Sequence record: NC_054931.1
Source of the DNA: Escherichia phage T2
DNA length: 64,000 bases
Direction: 5' to 3' (one strand)
Shown: in pieces, positions 8,849-18,708 of the stretch
Layout: every line of letters starts with the position of its first letter
Numbering within the stretch: position 1 is the first letter of the stretch
Position numbers and translations under genes: made by a program
Notes under the pieces: model-generated
Seen by the model: the letters and a program-made list of their open reading frames with translations, nothing else
The model's database searches: none
Told to the model about the DNA's origin: nothing

Positions 8849-10662
8849 TGATGCTTAACCCTATGCATGATTTCTTTATTTTTGCCGAGATTAAATCCAC
8901 GTTCGTTCGGATTTCCCAAATAACCACACGTTCTTCTTATTGTGTTCATCTTTTTAGGATCAGTTTCTCCACAAATAGAACAAACAAATCCGTTTTCAGT
9001 AGGAGTCATTTCATGGGTACTTCCACATGTAAAACATTTATCTACCGGCATGTTAACACCAAAATAATCTAAATGTTGTGCAGCATAATCCCATACGGCC
9101 TCAAGACCCTTTAAGTTATTTTTCATATCAGGAAGTTCAACATAAGAAATGTGACCACCTGTCGCAATGAAATGATATGGCGCTTCACGAGAAATCTTTT
9201 CAAACGGAGTAATATTTTCTTCTACTGAAACATGGAAACTGTTAGTGTACCAGCCTTTATCGGTAACATCTTTTACGCTTCCATATTTTTCTGTATCGAG
9301 TTTACAGAAGCGATAACAAAGGTTTTCAGCAGGAGTAGAATATAAACTAAAAGCAAATCCGGTTCTTTCAGTCCACTGTTTAAGATGAGCATTCATTTTA
9401 GTTAAAATTTCTCGTCCAATATCACGACCGACAAGAATATTCAATTCGTGAATACCAATGTATCCTAAAGACACTGAACTTCTACCGTTTTTAAATAACT
9501 CAATTATGTCGTCATCAGGTTTAAGACGAACCCCGAATGCACCTTCTTGGTAAAGAATAGGAGCAACAGTAGCTTTAACTCCTTTTAAGGAACTAATTCT
9601 ACACATCAAAGCTTCAAAACATAAATCCATTCGTTCATTGAACAATTCAACAAATTTCTGTTCATTGAACTGTGTTCCAATATAAGAATCTAACGCGATG
9701 CGAGGAAGATTCAGTGTTACAACACCAAGATTATTACGTCCATCAAGAATTTCATTGCCAGTCGAATCTTTCCATACGCCCAAGAAACTACGGCAACCCA
9801 TTGGAGAAACAGGAACAGATGAACCAGTGATAGCTTTATTGTTCTTAGCTGAAATAATATCAGGATACATCCTTTTGCTTGCACACTCTAAAGCAAGCTG
9901 CTTAATATCATAGTTCGGATCGTCTTTATAAAGATTAACACCTTCTTCAACGAACATAACAAGCTTAGGGAAAATAGGAGTTATCCCATCACGGCCAAGA
10001 CCTTTAATGCGATTTTTCAGAATTGCTTTCTGAATCATTCGTTCAGTCCAGTCAGTTCCCGTACCAAATGTAATTGTTACAAAAGGCGTTTGTCCGTTTG
10101 AACTAAAGAGAGTATTTACTTCATATTCATAAGCTTGGAATGCATCGTATACGTCTTTTTCTGTTTTAGATTGAGCATAATTCAACGCATCAGCGATTTG
10201 CCATTTTTCTGCATCCTCAATATGTTTTGCATATGTGCGTTTAACATAAGGAGAAAGTACTTTATCTACATTGGCAAAAGTCGTTCCGCCGTATTGGTGA
10301 GAAGCAACCTGTGCAGTAATTTGTGCCATAATTGCAGTAGCAACGCCAATTGATTTAGGAGTTTCAATCTGTGCATTACCAAGCTTAAATCCGTTTTCAA
10401 GCATTCCTTTTAAATCTACTAAACAGCAATTAGTAAATGGAAGAGCAGGGGAATAATCAATATCATGGAAATGAATAATTCCGCTTTCATGCGCTTTCAT
10501 AATAAAAGACGGGACCATATTTTTGGCAATGTGTTTAGACACAATACCAGCCATAAGGTCCCGTTGAGTTGGAAAAACACGAGAATCTTTATTAGCATTC
10601 TCGTTTAAAAGGTCTTTATTAGTTTTATGAATCAATCCTTCAATTTCTTTTTCAATTGTCAT
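8845..10662 (-). CDS. nrdD: Anaerobic ribonucleoside-triphosphate reductase (glycyl radical enzyme), uninterrupted
   Basis: 605-aa continuous ORF; C-terminal Cys cluster (CFTCGSTHEMTPTENGFVCSICG) and RTCGYLG glycyl-radical motif. Confidence 0.9.
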   Translation of the reverse strand: MTIEKEIEGLIHKTNKDLLNENANKDSRVFPTQRDLMAGIVSKHIAKNMVPSFIMKAHESGIIHFHDIDYSPALPFTNCCLVDLKGMLENGFKLGNAQIETPKSIGVATAIMAQITAQVASHQYGGTTFANVDKVLSPYVKRTYAKHIEDAEKWQIADALNYAQSKTEKDVYDAFQAYEYEVNTLFSSNGQTPFVTITFGTGTDWTERMIQKAILKNRIKGLGRDGITPIFPKLVMFVEEGVNLYKDDPNYDIKQLALECASKRMYPDIISAKNNKAITGSSVPVSPMGCRSFLGVWKDSTGNEILDGRNNLGVVTLNLPRIALDSYIGTQFNEQKFVELFNERMDLCFEALMCRISSLKGVKATVAPILYQEGAFGVRLKPDDDIIELFKNGRSSVSLGYIGIHELNILVGRDIGREILTKMNAHLKQWTERTGFAFSLYSTPAENLCYRFCKLDTEKYGSVKDVTDKGWYTNSFHVSVEENITPFEKISREAPYHFIATGGHISYVELPDMKNNLKGLEAVWDYAAQHLDYFGVNMPVDKCFTCGSTHEMTPTENGFVCSICGETDPKKMNTIRRTCGYLGNPNERGFNLGKNKEIMHRVKHQ

Positions 10663-11132
10663 TTTAAACTCTTTCTAAGCTGCTTCTTGAATGAAGCTAT
10701 TAACTGTGTTTTGGTGTCAGATTCATTATATTCAAATCCTCTTTGAAGCATCTCGGCCATCATTTCCTCTTTTCCTAAACGAGAAAATTCCTTTGATTTA
10801 TCTCCAACAAAGTTAGGGTGAATATTATTTTGGGTGTAATCGGATTTTAAGTAAGTAAGTAAATTTTCTAACCATTCAAGATAATCAACCCCTTGTCCCT
10901 TTAAGCCAGAACGATTAAATTTGTGCTTCATTTGACCTTCTGCGGCATTGCAGAGATTACAAAGCAATCCACGCACCTTTCCTGCTTTTGGTCCATTTAA
11001 TTCATGGTCATGGTCGAGGTGATTAGCTTGAACATCAGGATTTAGTTCTCGTTGGCAAATTAAGCATTTACCGTTTTGTGCATTATAAAATTTTTGTTTT
11101 TCTTCTTTGTATAATTTGCCAGTCAATAACAT
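10659..11132 (-). CDS. 49: Endonuclease VII (Holliday junction resolvase) gp49
   Basis: 157-aa ORF MLLTGKLYKEEKQKFYNAQNGKCLICQRELNPD... with zinc-binding Cys and HDHE motifs. Confidence 0.9.
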   Translation of the reverse strand: MLLTGKLYKEEKQKFYNAQNGKCLICQRELNPDVQANHLDHDHELNGPKAGKVRGLLCNLCNAAEGQMKHKFNRSGLKGQGVDYLEWLENLLTYLKSDYTQNNIHPNFVGDKSKEFSRLGKEEMMAEMLQRGFEYNESDTKTQLIASFKKQLRKSLK

Positions 11133-11173
11133 AATAAACCCTTACCTTAAATAGATAAGGGTATTTATTATTT

Positions 11174-11659
11174 TCAAGTATTGTAAAACATTTGATGCAA
11201 TCGCTTATATTGCTGAATCATTCGGTCAGAAAAAGAAATTTGAGTTTCAAGCCATTCAATGTACTCTGCGGCAGCTTGCATTAAATTTCCTTCATAGCCA
11301 TCGTTATTTTCTTGTGCAGCTAATTTAGCTAATGCGTATGAAATACGTTCACCTTGAAAATCGGCTTTAGGCTTCTGAACAACTTGATTAGTTCGCTCTA
11401 CAACTTCTTCAATTTCGCCATTTTCGACTGATTCAGTATTCCACAAACACCAGTATGTAATTGGCTTATCGTAGATGTTAATAATCTTTCCATCAGAAAG
11501 TTCAATTTCAATAATTCCAGTATCAGGTTCTATATCATCTTCACATTCTTTTGCAAGTTCACGAACTTTAAAGACAGTACCTGCACTAAGTTCCGGCCAG
11601 TAATTACATAGCCCTGTATCAGCACGATTAATTCTAAACCACTTATCTACTGTAATCAT
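11174..11659 (-). CDS. pin: Pin-like protein (inhibitor of host Lon protease), assigned by position and size
   Basis: ORF 11174..11677; internal ATG (MITVDKW) gives 161 aa; located between 49 and nrdC as in T4. Confidence 0.55.
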   Translation of the reverse strand: MITVDKWFRINRADTGLCNYWPELSAGTVFKVRELAKECEDDIEPDTGIIEIELSDGKIINIYDKPITYWCLWNTESVENGEIEEVVERTNQVVQKPKADFQGERISYALAKLAAQENNDGYEGNLMQAAAEYIEWLETQISFSDRMIQQYKRLHQMFYNT

Positions 11660-11897
11660 GTCCCATCTCCATATCAATTAAGTCATTTATCGTTGGTTCA
11701 TTATATACTGTTTCTTCATCAGTGTAAACCGGTTCTTCCGGCTCTGGCTCTACAGTTTCCCATCTAGCCGCCCACCAAGGTTTTATAGCGTAATCCATTC
11801 TCGTACTGTCTGAGTTACTACACGTTCTCGAAGCTCAACCAGTTCAACGGTAGGAACTGCATAATACCAGTCAGAATGGTAAGAACCTGAGCGAGAT

Positions 11898-12101
11898 TCA
11901 TTTACAGCCATGTACATTATGTTTTGGACTAAAATAAACACACTGACGATATTGGCATTTACCATCTTGCACCCAGTCTTCTATTTCGATAGGTTTAAGA
12001 TAGTCGGAAAAATCGAAATCATAGTTTTCCGAAAATGCATCATGGTCTTCGATGATTTCGCTCAGAACTGCATCAACATCTAATTTATTTTCAATAGTCA
12101 T
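11898..12101 (-). CDS. Hypothetical protein
   Basis: 67-aa acidic ORF. Confidence 0.4.
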   Translation of the reverse strand: MTIENKLDVDAVLSEIIEDHDAFSENYDFDFSDYLKPIEIEDWVQDGKCQYRQCVYFSPKHNVHGCK

Positions 12102-12112
12102 TTTTTCACCAA

Positions 12113-12322
12113 TTAATTTCGCAATTTATTAAGTTCTTCATAATCAATCCAGGATTCTAATCCTGATGGCAAATCAGATTCAATTTCCCAAAGAAGTTCT
12201 TCAATTTTATGAAGACGATCTAATTCTTCAGCTGGAATAGTAACCATTGATGGAGTTCTTGATACACTAATATCGTAAATCATATTTACCCCAGTTTGAC
12301 CATACAATCGCCGTATTTCCAC
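12113..12322 (-). CDS. Hypothetical protein
   Basis: 69-aa ORF. Confidence 0.4.
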   Translation of the reverse strand: MEIRRLYGQTGVNMIYDISVSRTPSMVTIPAEELDRLHKIEELLWEIESDLPSGLESWIDYEELNKLRN

Positions 12323-12501
12323 TTAGAAATAGACTTTTCACCGTTAGAATAATAAACTTCGAGTTTAGCACGATTATTTTTAATTTGAATAACCTTGGCT
12401 GTCATCAAAGTTCCATACCCATAGTAAACTGCAACTTCATCACCTACATATACCGCGCTTCCGCGGTAATCATGGATATAATCAGTTCCTTCGAGAATCA
12501 T
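12286..12501 (-). CDS. Hypothetical protein
   Basis: 71-aa ORF; start overlaps nrdC stop. Confidence 0.4.
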   Translation of the reverse strand: MILEGTDYIHDYRGSAVYVGDEVAVYYGYGTLMTAKVIQIKNNRAKLEVYYSNGEKSISKWKYGDCMVKLG

Positions 12502-12761
12502 TTAAAGTATTCCCGCAATTGGTCAAATCCACCAATATGACTTCCATCAGGAGCAAATACCTGAGGCATTGTTAAGCCGATTTGAGTATCACGACCTAGT
12601 TTAGTCAGAAGCTCAGCAATTTTCTCATCGTCAAAAACACCTTTTTCCGGCATAATGTTGATAAATTCAAACGGCTGTTTCTTCACAGCCAAAAGACGTT
12701 TTGCATTATCGCAATACACACATTTATGGATGTTGCTATCATAACCATATACTTTAAACAT
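12498..12761 (-). CDS. nrdC: Thioredoxin/glutaredoxin for ribonucleotide reductase
   Basis: 87-aa ORF MFKVYGYDSNIHKCVYCDNAKRLL... with CxxC motif. Confidence 0.9.
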   Translation of the reverse strand: MFKVYGYDSNIHKCVYCDNAKRLLAVKKQPFEFINIMPEKGVFDDEKIAELLTKLGRDTQIGLTMPQVFAPDGSHIGGFDQLREYFK

Positions 12762-12762
12762 A

Positions 12763-13005
12763 TTATTCCTTAATTCCTAGTACTTGTTTAAAAGTCTCAT
12801 CGTAATCAAGACTTTGGCCCGTTTGTTCTTTATGTTTGTATATAATATCACTTACTTCTGATAGCATATTTTTATATGAACGAGTTAAAGCTGATTTAAG
12901 CACGCTGTATCTATCAGGAAATTTACCATGTTCATTATAATAAGCTATTGCTAATTCACGGACTGCCTTTTCAGCAGTCTCCATATATTCTTTACGCTTT
13001 GTCAT
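12763..13005 (-). CDS. Hypothetical protein (start taken at internal MTKRKEY)
   Basis: ORF track 12763..13146; the 5' portion overlaps the zinc-ribbon ORF. Confidence 0.4.
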
Positions 13006-13210
13006 TTTCTTCTCGGTCAAATCGGTGTTTACAATGGCGACATTTATAACGAAGATTACTAGTCTGCCAATGGACCAATTGCACCTGTTCAGTTCCACAT
13101 TCAGGGCAATTAGGAACGTTTTTAGAAGCCCTTTCGCGGCGTTCAACCATGACCATTACAGAATCCCAATTAACAGGAGGGCTAATCATCGCAACCATGA
13201 ATCTTTCCAC
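12992..13210 (-). CDS. Small zinc-ribbon protein
   Basis: 72-aa ORF with CPECG...CRHCKHRF (two CxxC pairs). Confidence 0.4.
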
Positions 13211-13296
13211 GCACTTTCAGATCGTCTTCTTCACCAGCCATAATAATTTTAATTACTGGAATTACTAGAAGCTGCAATATCTTCTAATAGACGCTT

Positions 13297-14223
13297 TCAT
13301 TTCAACACCTCAATAGCATTACGTAAACCATTTGCTTTGGCGGTTAAAGCCTTAAGAACTTTAGTATGCTCTTCAATTTGTTTTTCAACTTCAATCAAAC
13401 GAGCATTGAGATATTCACGTTCTTCTTTCATAGTATCATTCCCATGATTGGGTTTTGGTGCAGATTTAAATTCACTAGGGTCCTTTAACTTAATAACAAA
13501 TTTAGTTTCAAACAGTGAAAGACCATAATTCGTATTATCATCAAAGGATTTGACTACATCCATATCAGATAATAACACGCGCAAATTATAAGCCAAAGAA
13601 CTAATAGTTTCATTATGTTTATTAGCTTCGCGTGGTTTCATATACGGAAGATTTTTATATATCTCGTGCGGAGCACAAACAATAATTGACAATTCAAATT
13701 GTCCATTCTGGGACGATGGAGTGAATTTAGCCGTAACCCAGTCTTTTACATTCACATTAATAGTACGGTTATCACCATGACAAAACAGTCTACGAGAATG
13801 CTTAAAAAGCATATTCACGTTATTATTGAATTCGTGTGAAAATTCACTAGCAAATTTTTCTTTACTATCTTTAGAAAACCATTCTTCTAAATAAGTTCTT
13901 TTCACGTCGTTAATAATATTAAATGTAACAACACTAGCATTTGATACATTAGTCTCAATGTAGCTTGGATACATAAATTTTTTAACATTATTAACAGCTA
14001 TCACAGAAGATAGTAATCGGGAACGTTTGAACCACTCGAGCAAAGAACCAAGAGAATGTGAATACGCATTTTGTGTATCTTTACAAATATGGTTTTCCCA
14101 TCCAATATAATCTAAAAAATCACGAAGAATATTATTGATTACTGCTCTGTGTCCAATCTGATAATTACGGTGTTTAGTAATAAGACTGCCAAAATAATCA
14201 ATATAATGTTTACGAGTTTTCAT
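13297..14223 (-). CDS. Hypothetical protein with C-terminal coiled coil
   Basis: 308-aa ORF; C-terminal heptad-rich segment EEREYLNARLIEVEKQIEEHTKVLKALTAKANGLRNAIEVLK. Confidence 0.6.
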   Translation of the reverse strand: MKTRKHYIDYFGSLITKHRNYQIGHRAVINNILRDFLDYIGWENHICKDTQNAYSHSLGSLLEWFKRSRLLSSVIAVNNVKKFMYPSYIETNVSNASVVTFNIINDVKRTYLEEWFSKDSKEKFASEFSHEFNNNVNMLFKHSRRLFCHGDNRTINVNVKDWVTAKFTPSSQNGQFELSIIVCAPHEIYKNLPYMKPREANKHNETISSLAYNLRVLLSDMDVVKSFDDNTNYGLSLFETKFVIKLKDPSEFKSAPKPNHGNDTMKEEREYLNARLIEVEKQIEEHTKVLKALTAKANGLRNAIEVLK

Positions 14224-14277
14224 GTTCTTCTCACTTGGTTAATGATTTATACTCCGAGCCATCCTTGGCTTTAAATT

Positions 14278-14790
14278 TTACTTAATTAACTGTAAAGCTT
14301 GTTCAAGACGATCCAGGCGATTAACAGATTCTTCCCAAATCCTTTTAGCCTGCTCATATTCTTTCTGCGCTTTATTAGAAATTTCTAGAACTTCTTTATA
14401 AGCTTTTTCTAGTGCAATAACTTCTGGACGAATTTCTACCGGTTCAGGTGAATCGTCAAGACATTCCATTAGTTCCTCAAGGGTAGTTTCTTCTTTAGGA
14501 GTATTCACAATTTCATCACATTTTTGTTGGTAAATTTCTTTATCAGTCGGTGAGTACGCACACTTTACTTCACGAAGACTAACTACAATTTTATATCCTT
14601 CCCAACCGCATATATTCTTAAAAGGATATGTATGAATATTTTCTACTGTTTCCATACAAAGTAATGCGGTCTCTAATTGACGAGTTATAGTGCTAGCAAT
14701 TGAGAAAAATTTATTAATATTCTTTTGGTTAGTTTCTGGTGTAAAAAATTCATAATTCACAAAAAGCTGCTTTATTTTTATCAAGTTCAT
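14278..14790 (-). CDS. Hypothetical protein
   Basis: 170-aa ORF, acidic coiled-coil C-terminus. Confidence 0.55.
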   Translation of the reverse strand: MNLIKIKQLFVNYEFFTPETNQKNINKFFSIASTITRQLETALLCMETVENIHTYPFKNICGWEGYKIVVSLREVKCAYSPTDKEIYQQKCDEIVNTPKEETTLEELMECLDDSPEPVEIRPEVIALEKAYKEVLEISNKAQKEYEQAKRIWEESVNRLDRLEQALQLIK

Positions 14791-15217
14791 ATTCTTTTAT
14801 GATAATCATATCAGAAGCCAAAGGATGAATTTGACGATAATCACCATAACATAATTTAGAAGCTGATTTTAGAATTTGCTTCTTAAAAAGTCTGAAATTA
14901 CTAATCCAACGACGAGTAAAAATATTCTCAGGGTCTTCTTTGACATTAAGATGATAAGAATTAACATCACCGAACCAATTATATCCTACTACATCTTTGG
15001 TTCGTTTAATTTCTTTCCCAAAATTACCAAGAATATCCCGATTAACCAAATATGAAAGAAGACGAGACTCTTTAAAGGTTTTCTTGATAACATCTTTATC
15101 TACACGGCTAGAAATTTTACGAATTTCATGAATAAATTTAGCAGAAGAAACAATACCTGCATCAACACTATTGAGCCATTGATTGATAATAGAAAGAACA
15201 CTATTTTGGCCAAACAT
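14750..15217 (-). CDS. Hypothetical protein
   Basis: 155-aa ORF. Confidence 0.5.
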   Translation of the reverse strand: MFGQNSVLSIINQWLNSVDAGIVSSAKFIHEIRKISSRVDKDVIKKTFKESRLLSYLVNRDILGNFGKEIKRTKDVVGYNWFGDVNSYHLNVKEDPENIFTRRWISNFRLFKKQILKSASKLCYGDYRQIHPLASDMIIIKEYELDKNKAAFCEL

Positions 15218-15333
15218 CGGTATAGCTTTATCATCAATACACTATTGAATGATTTGATATATTCGTTACGAGTCATAATAATCTCCTCAGTAGAAAGTAA
15301 GAACATTATACCACATCCTTGTGGCAAAGTAAA

Positions 15334-16356
15334 CTAGTTCAGTGCATTTAGTGCATTGTTCAGTTTAGAACGTTGCTTCGTGAGATTTTTGACTTTTTCT
15401 TGTGCTTTTTCTAGCATCTTTTCAGCTTCTAACACTTCATTAGTTGCTTTAACGAGTTCATCATCTACTGCCTTGATAGACTTCTCAATCGCATCCGCGT
15501 GCCATTTTTCAACAGGTTTAAGACTCGGATTTTCAATAGGAAGAAAATTCACTTTATTGAATTTCCATGCATCTTTATTACCTGAACTATACATCCAAAA
15601 TTTAGGATCGTTTGATAAGTAATTAGATAAATTTAAGTTATCTTGCACTTCCTGCTTTTTCTCTTGTACAACTTCGTCCTTTCTCAAAAAATCGTATTTA
15701 AATAAAACGACCATATCAAGTTCATACGTTGTTGTGCCTAATTTAAATCGTTCGAAATGCTGTGAAATCTTAGACTGAACACTAGCAACAACATCCATAT
15801 ACTTAAATGCTTCTATCAACTGTGATTTAAGGCATTCACAAATTGAAAGAGAATTTTTTGTATTAGGTTTAAAGCTAATTCGTGCAGTTCTATTATTTTC
15901 TTTTAATGGTCTTACTTCCATCTGAAGAGTATAACCATCAAATTTCAGATTCTTTAAGTTAATATCAGAACCTTTTAATCGACTAGCAGTCGACAAAATT
16001 TGCTTTAATTGTTTACGGAATAGAGCAATAAATCTCCATTCAAGACGATAATGATTTGGATTAAAAAATCCTGTTGATAAATCAACCTTACTCTGACCAA
16101 CGCCTTGAACAAATAGAGGATTTTTATAATCAATAGTTTTACAGAAATCAACGAGCTGCTCACGAGCAGTCATTTGTGTAATATACCCTGCTTCATTAAA
16201 ATTACGCACCCATTCACTGCTGTTCAGATGTTTAAAGGCGTGAATGGAACAATTAACTTTATTAAGGTCTAAATTATTTTCACACAAAAATGTCATAGCA
16301 TCACGAGTATAGCTGGCATTACGAACCATATCTTCAATTTGAGAACGAGTTTTCAT
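15334..16356 (-). CDS. Hypothetical protein with C-terminal coiled coil (architecture resembles 13297..14223)
   Basis: 340-aa ORF, begins MKTR..., ends with coiled coil ELVKATNEVLEAEKMLEKAQEKVKNLTKQRSKLNNALNALN. Confidence 0.6.
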   Translation of the reverse strand: MKTRSQIEDMVRNASYTRDAMTFLCENNLDLNKVNCSIHAFKHLNSSEWVRNFNEAGYITQMTAREQLVDFCKTIDYKNPLFVQGVGQSKVDLSTGFFNPNHYRLEWRFIALFRKQLKQILSTASRLKGSDINLKNLKFDGYTLQMEVRPLKENNRTARISFKPNTKNSLSICECLKSQLIEAFKYMDVVASVQSKISQHFERFKLGTTTYELDMVVLFKYDFLRKDEVVQEKKQEVQDNLNLSNYLSNDPKFWMYSSGNKDAWKFNKVNFLPIENPSLKPVEKWHADAIEKSIKAVDDELVKATNEVLEAEKMLEKAQEKVKNLTKQRSKLNNALNALN

Positions 16357-16364
16357 GGTGTTCC

Positions 16365-16562
16365 TTAAGATTTAAGTAAATCAACAATTTTAATTAATTT
16401 TTCACGTTCAGATTTAGCTTTACTACTCAATCCAGATAGTCTAAAGATTTCATCGTCATATTGTTGAATAGAAATATTCAGCTCTTCAATCTGTTTATTA
16501 AAATAATCAATTTGTTCAGAATGTTTTTCGTTACTACGAACTGGTACAGGTTTTGTAGGCAA
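16365..16562 (-). CDS. Hypothetical small coiled-coil protein
   Basis: 65-aa ORF. Confidence 0.4.
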   Translation of the reverse strand: MPTKPVPVRSNEKHSEQIDYFNKQIEELNISIQQYDDEIFRLSGLSSKAKSEREKLIKIVDLLKS

Positions 16563-16649
16563 TTTAGTTGAACTGGATTCATTCGGGCGATAAATTAAAA
16601 TGCAATTTGAACCAATCGGGCATTTAGCACCAGATGAATATTCTAACGT

Positions 16650-17198
16650 TCAAGCTTCTTTTAAAACTTCAAAAGCTAAACAGAGATGATGCCCCATATT
16701 GACATAATCTGTAGAGCGAGCTCTGACGTAATAATCATCTCCACGAGTACTAAATTTAAAGCATTTAAGGTCTTCTGTATTATTAGTTTTAAAAATCATT
16801 TGTTTATCTAGACCTTTAGCTAATCGAGCGCCTAATGCTAATAATCGTCGTTGATTTTCCCACAAATCCGCAATCATTTGATCGAATGATAATTTCGGCA
16901 TTAGTCGGCCATAAAGGTCATATCCTTTATTATAATTACGAAGGATTTCACTCGCGTTAATACGAGACAATGCTCCAATTTTATTAAGGGCTTTCATGAT
17001 GCGATTAGATAAACTCATTCCAGACCCGTTTGTTCGCTGTAAATGTTTTTCTAATCCAAATCCAATATCAACTTTAAATTTATCTAAAATTTCAGCATGA
17101 ACATCTCTGTCAATAACATTCAAATCCAAAGTTGGGTTAAATCTATGAAAAAATTTATCTGGCTCTCCACGACGAAGTACAGTCCATTCATTCATCAT
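16650..17198 (-). CDS. Hypothetical protein
   Basis: 182-aa ORF. Confidence 0.55.
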   Translation of the reverse strand: MMNEWTVLRRGEPDKFFHRFNPTLDLNVIDRDVHAEILDKFKVDIGFGLEKHLQRTNGSGMSLSNRIMKALNKIGALSRINASEILRNYNKGYDLYGRLMPKLSFDQMIADLWENQRRLLALGARLAKGLDKQMIFKTNNTEDLKCFKFSTRGDDYYVRARSTDYVNMGHHLCLAFEVLKEA

Positions 17199-17361
17199 TT
17201 TTTATTAACTAAAGATTTAATTACTGCATTGACATTATTAATTACTACTGACATATTTTCCTCACTCAATTTTACTAATTACGCGGAATAAGATTGAACA
17301 GACTATATAAGTACCACATATAGATTGAACTAATACCATTCCAAAGAACCAAACAATATTA

Positions 17362-17661
17362 TCAAACAATGTCTGTTTTACGTCGAAAGGACGTAAACTT
17401 ACAGTAATTATCGCCTTTTTCTATTGATGAATACATCTCTGGCGAAATATATTCGCTAAATCTATAACCGTCTTTGAGTTCATATACGGCAATAAACGAT
17501 AAACTAGACCCCTTTCCTTGAGTTCCTGTAAGGGTATTAACTACAGTAACATCATAATCTTTATAATGCATATAATCATTAATTGCGTAATAACCATATG
17601 CAATTACTATACATAAACAACATATCAATAAATTCAATCTTTTAATTATCAACTGTTTCAT
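17362..17661 (-). CDS. Hypothetical membrane-anchored protein
   Basis: 99-aa ORF with N-terminal hydrophobic segment LNLLICCLCIVIAYGYYAI. Confidence 0.5.
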   Translation of the reverse strand: MKQLIIKRLNLLICCLCIVIAYGYYAINDYMHYKDYDVTVVNTLTGTQGKGSSLSFIAVYELKDGYRFSEYISPEMYSSIEKGDNYCKFTSFRRKTDIV

Positions 17662-17716
17662 AATAATCTCAATTAAAAGGGCTTAGAACCATTATACCAT
17701 CCTTGGTATAAAGCGG

Positions 17717-18244
17717 TTATGCGAGTACCGTCTTTAACCGTTCTTCAAACTTCCGAAGAGTATTTTGGCGTTCAGCTCTTTGCTTTTTGTAAGTTTCAAT
17801 ACGCTCTGAAATGAGAGTGTATCGTTCATTTACTGATTCTTTCATAAAATCAGGAATTTCACGAGAAGCTTTAATCTCGTCAAATTTATCAATAACAGCT
17901 TGCTCTTCAGCAATTAAGTTATCATACATCAAAATATCTTTCTTGATGAACTCAATATCTTCTTGAGTTACACGAGATAACTTAGATGCTTTATCCTTTT
18001 TGTACTGTTCGTTAGTATCACGAGACCAGTGTAATGTACGATTTTTATTCGTATTTTTGTAAATTTCTACAATACCAATCTCATCGATAATAACGATCCA
18101 ATTCCAACGGGATTTGTAAATTTGTCCTCCATCAACTGTGATTTCACCTCCGATTGAGATGTCATTAAAGAACTTGCTTTGTGCTTCAGATTTAAATTTA
18201 CCATCGTTGTAATTTACCAGGTTGAAAATATCTTTAGCGTTCAT
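17717..18244 (-). CDS. Hypothetical protein (start placed at MNAKDIF, downstream of the early promoter)
   Basis: ORF track 17717..18304; the first 20 codons overlap the promoter at 18268-18302. Confidence 0.5.
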   Translation of the reverse strand: MNAKDIFNLVNYNDGKFKSEAQSKFFNDISIGGEITVDGGQIYKSRWNWIVIIDEIGIVEIYKNTNKNRTLHWSRDTNEQYKKDKASKLSRVTQEDIEFIKKDILMYDNLIAEEQAVIDKFDEIKASREIPDFMKESVNERYTLISERIETYKKQRAERQNTLRKFEERLKTVLA

Positions 18245-18267
18245 TTTCTGTTCATCCGTAGTTGATA

Positions 18268-18302
18268 GTTGTATAGTACCACAGAGGAACGGTCTTGTAA
18301 AC
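18268..18302 (-). promoter_or_regulatory. T4-type early promoter
   Basis: Forward tgtaaac (rc GTTTACA) at 18296-18302, 17-bp spacer, -10 rc TACTAT at 18273-18278 preceded by TGG. Confidence 0.6.
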
Positions 18303-18304
18303 AA

Positions 18305-18619
18305 CTAAAAGAAACTTCTTTCACAATTTTTTCCACTGAACCACGCGCTCACTGCTTTCTTAGTCTCAGGAGCAGTGTTATCCATAAACCATTCAAAGGC
18401 AGCCTTTTTATGATTCTGGAGGGCTTCTCGGGCTTTAATCTGCTCACGGTCTATTAACACTAACATATGAGCCTTTCTTGTCACCAGGGGCTTCTTATGA
18501 TTTTTTGAATATTCCCAATCATTTGTCCATCGCATCGTTGTTGCGAATTGAAATACAGCTTCTTTAATCTTAGTTTCGTAAATTTCACGAGCCTTTGAGT
18601 ATAACATCATTACCTCCAT
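18305..18619 (-). CDS. Hypothetical protein
   Basis: 104-aa ORF. Confidence 0.45.
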   Translation of the reverse strand: MEVMMLYSKAREIYETKIKEAVFQFATTMRWTNDWEYSKNHKKPLVTRKAHMLVLIDREQIKAREALQNHKKAAFEWFMDNTAPETKKAVSAWFSGKNCERSFF

Positions 18620-18708
18620 TTACCAGTTTAATTCTAGTCATCTTTTTGATGGCAGTCCATATAATCTATTTCTGAACTGCCTTTTTGTCATAGAAGGCCT
18701 CTTATGAA

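Noticed and set aside
9698-10353. Plus-strand ORFs 9698..9913 and 10135..10353 opposite nrdD
   Set aside because: Antisense shadow ORFs within a well-supported gene.
12763-13146. 127-aa ORF as annotated by the ORF track
   Set aside because: The N-terminal 47 codons overlap the zinc-ribbon ORF and look non-coding; I shortened the gene to start at MTKRKEY.
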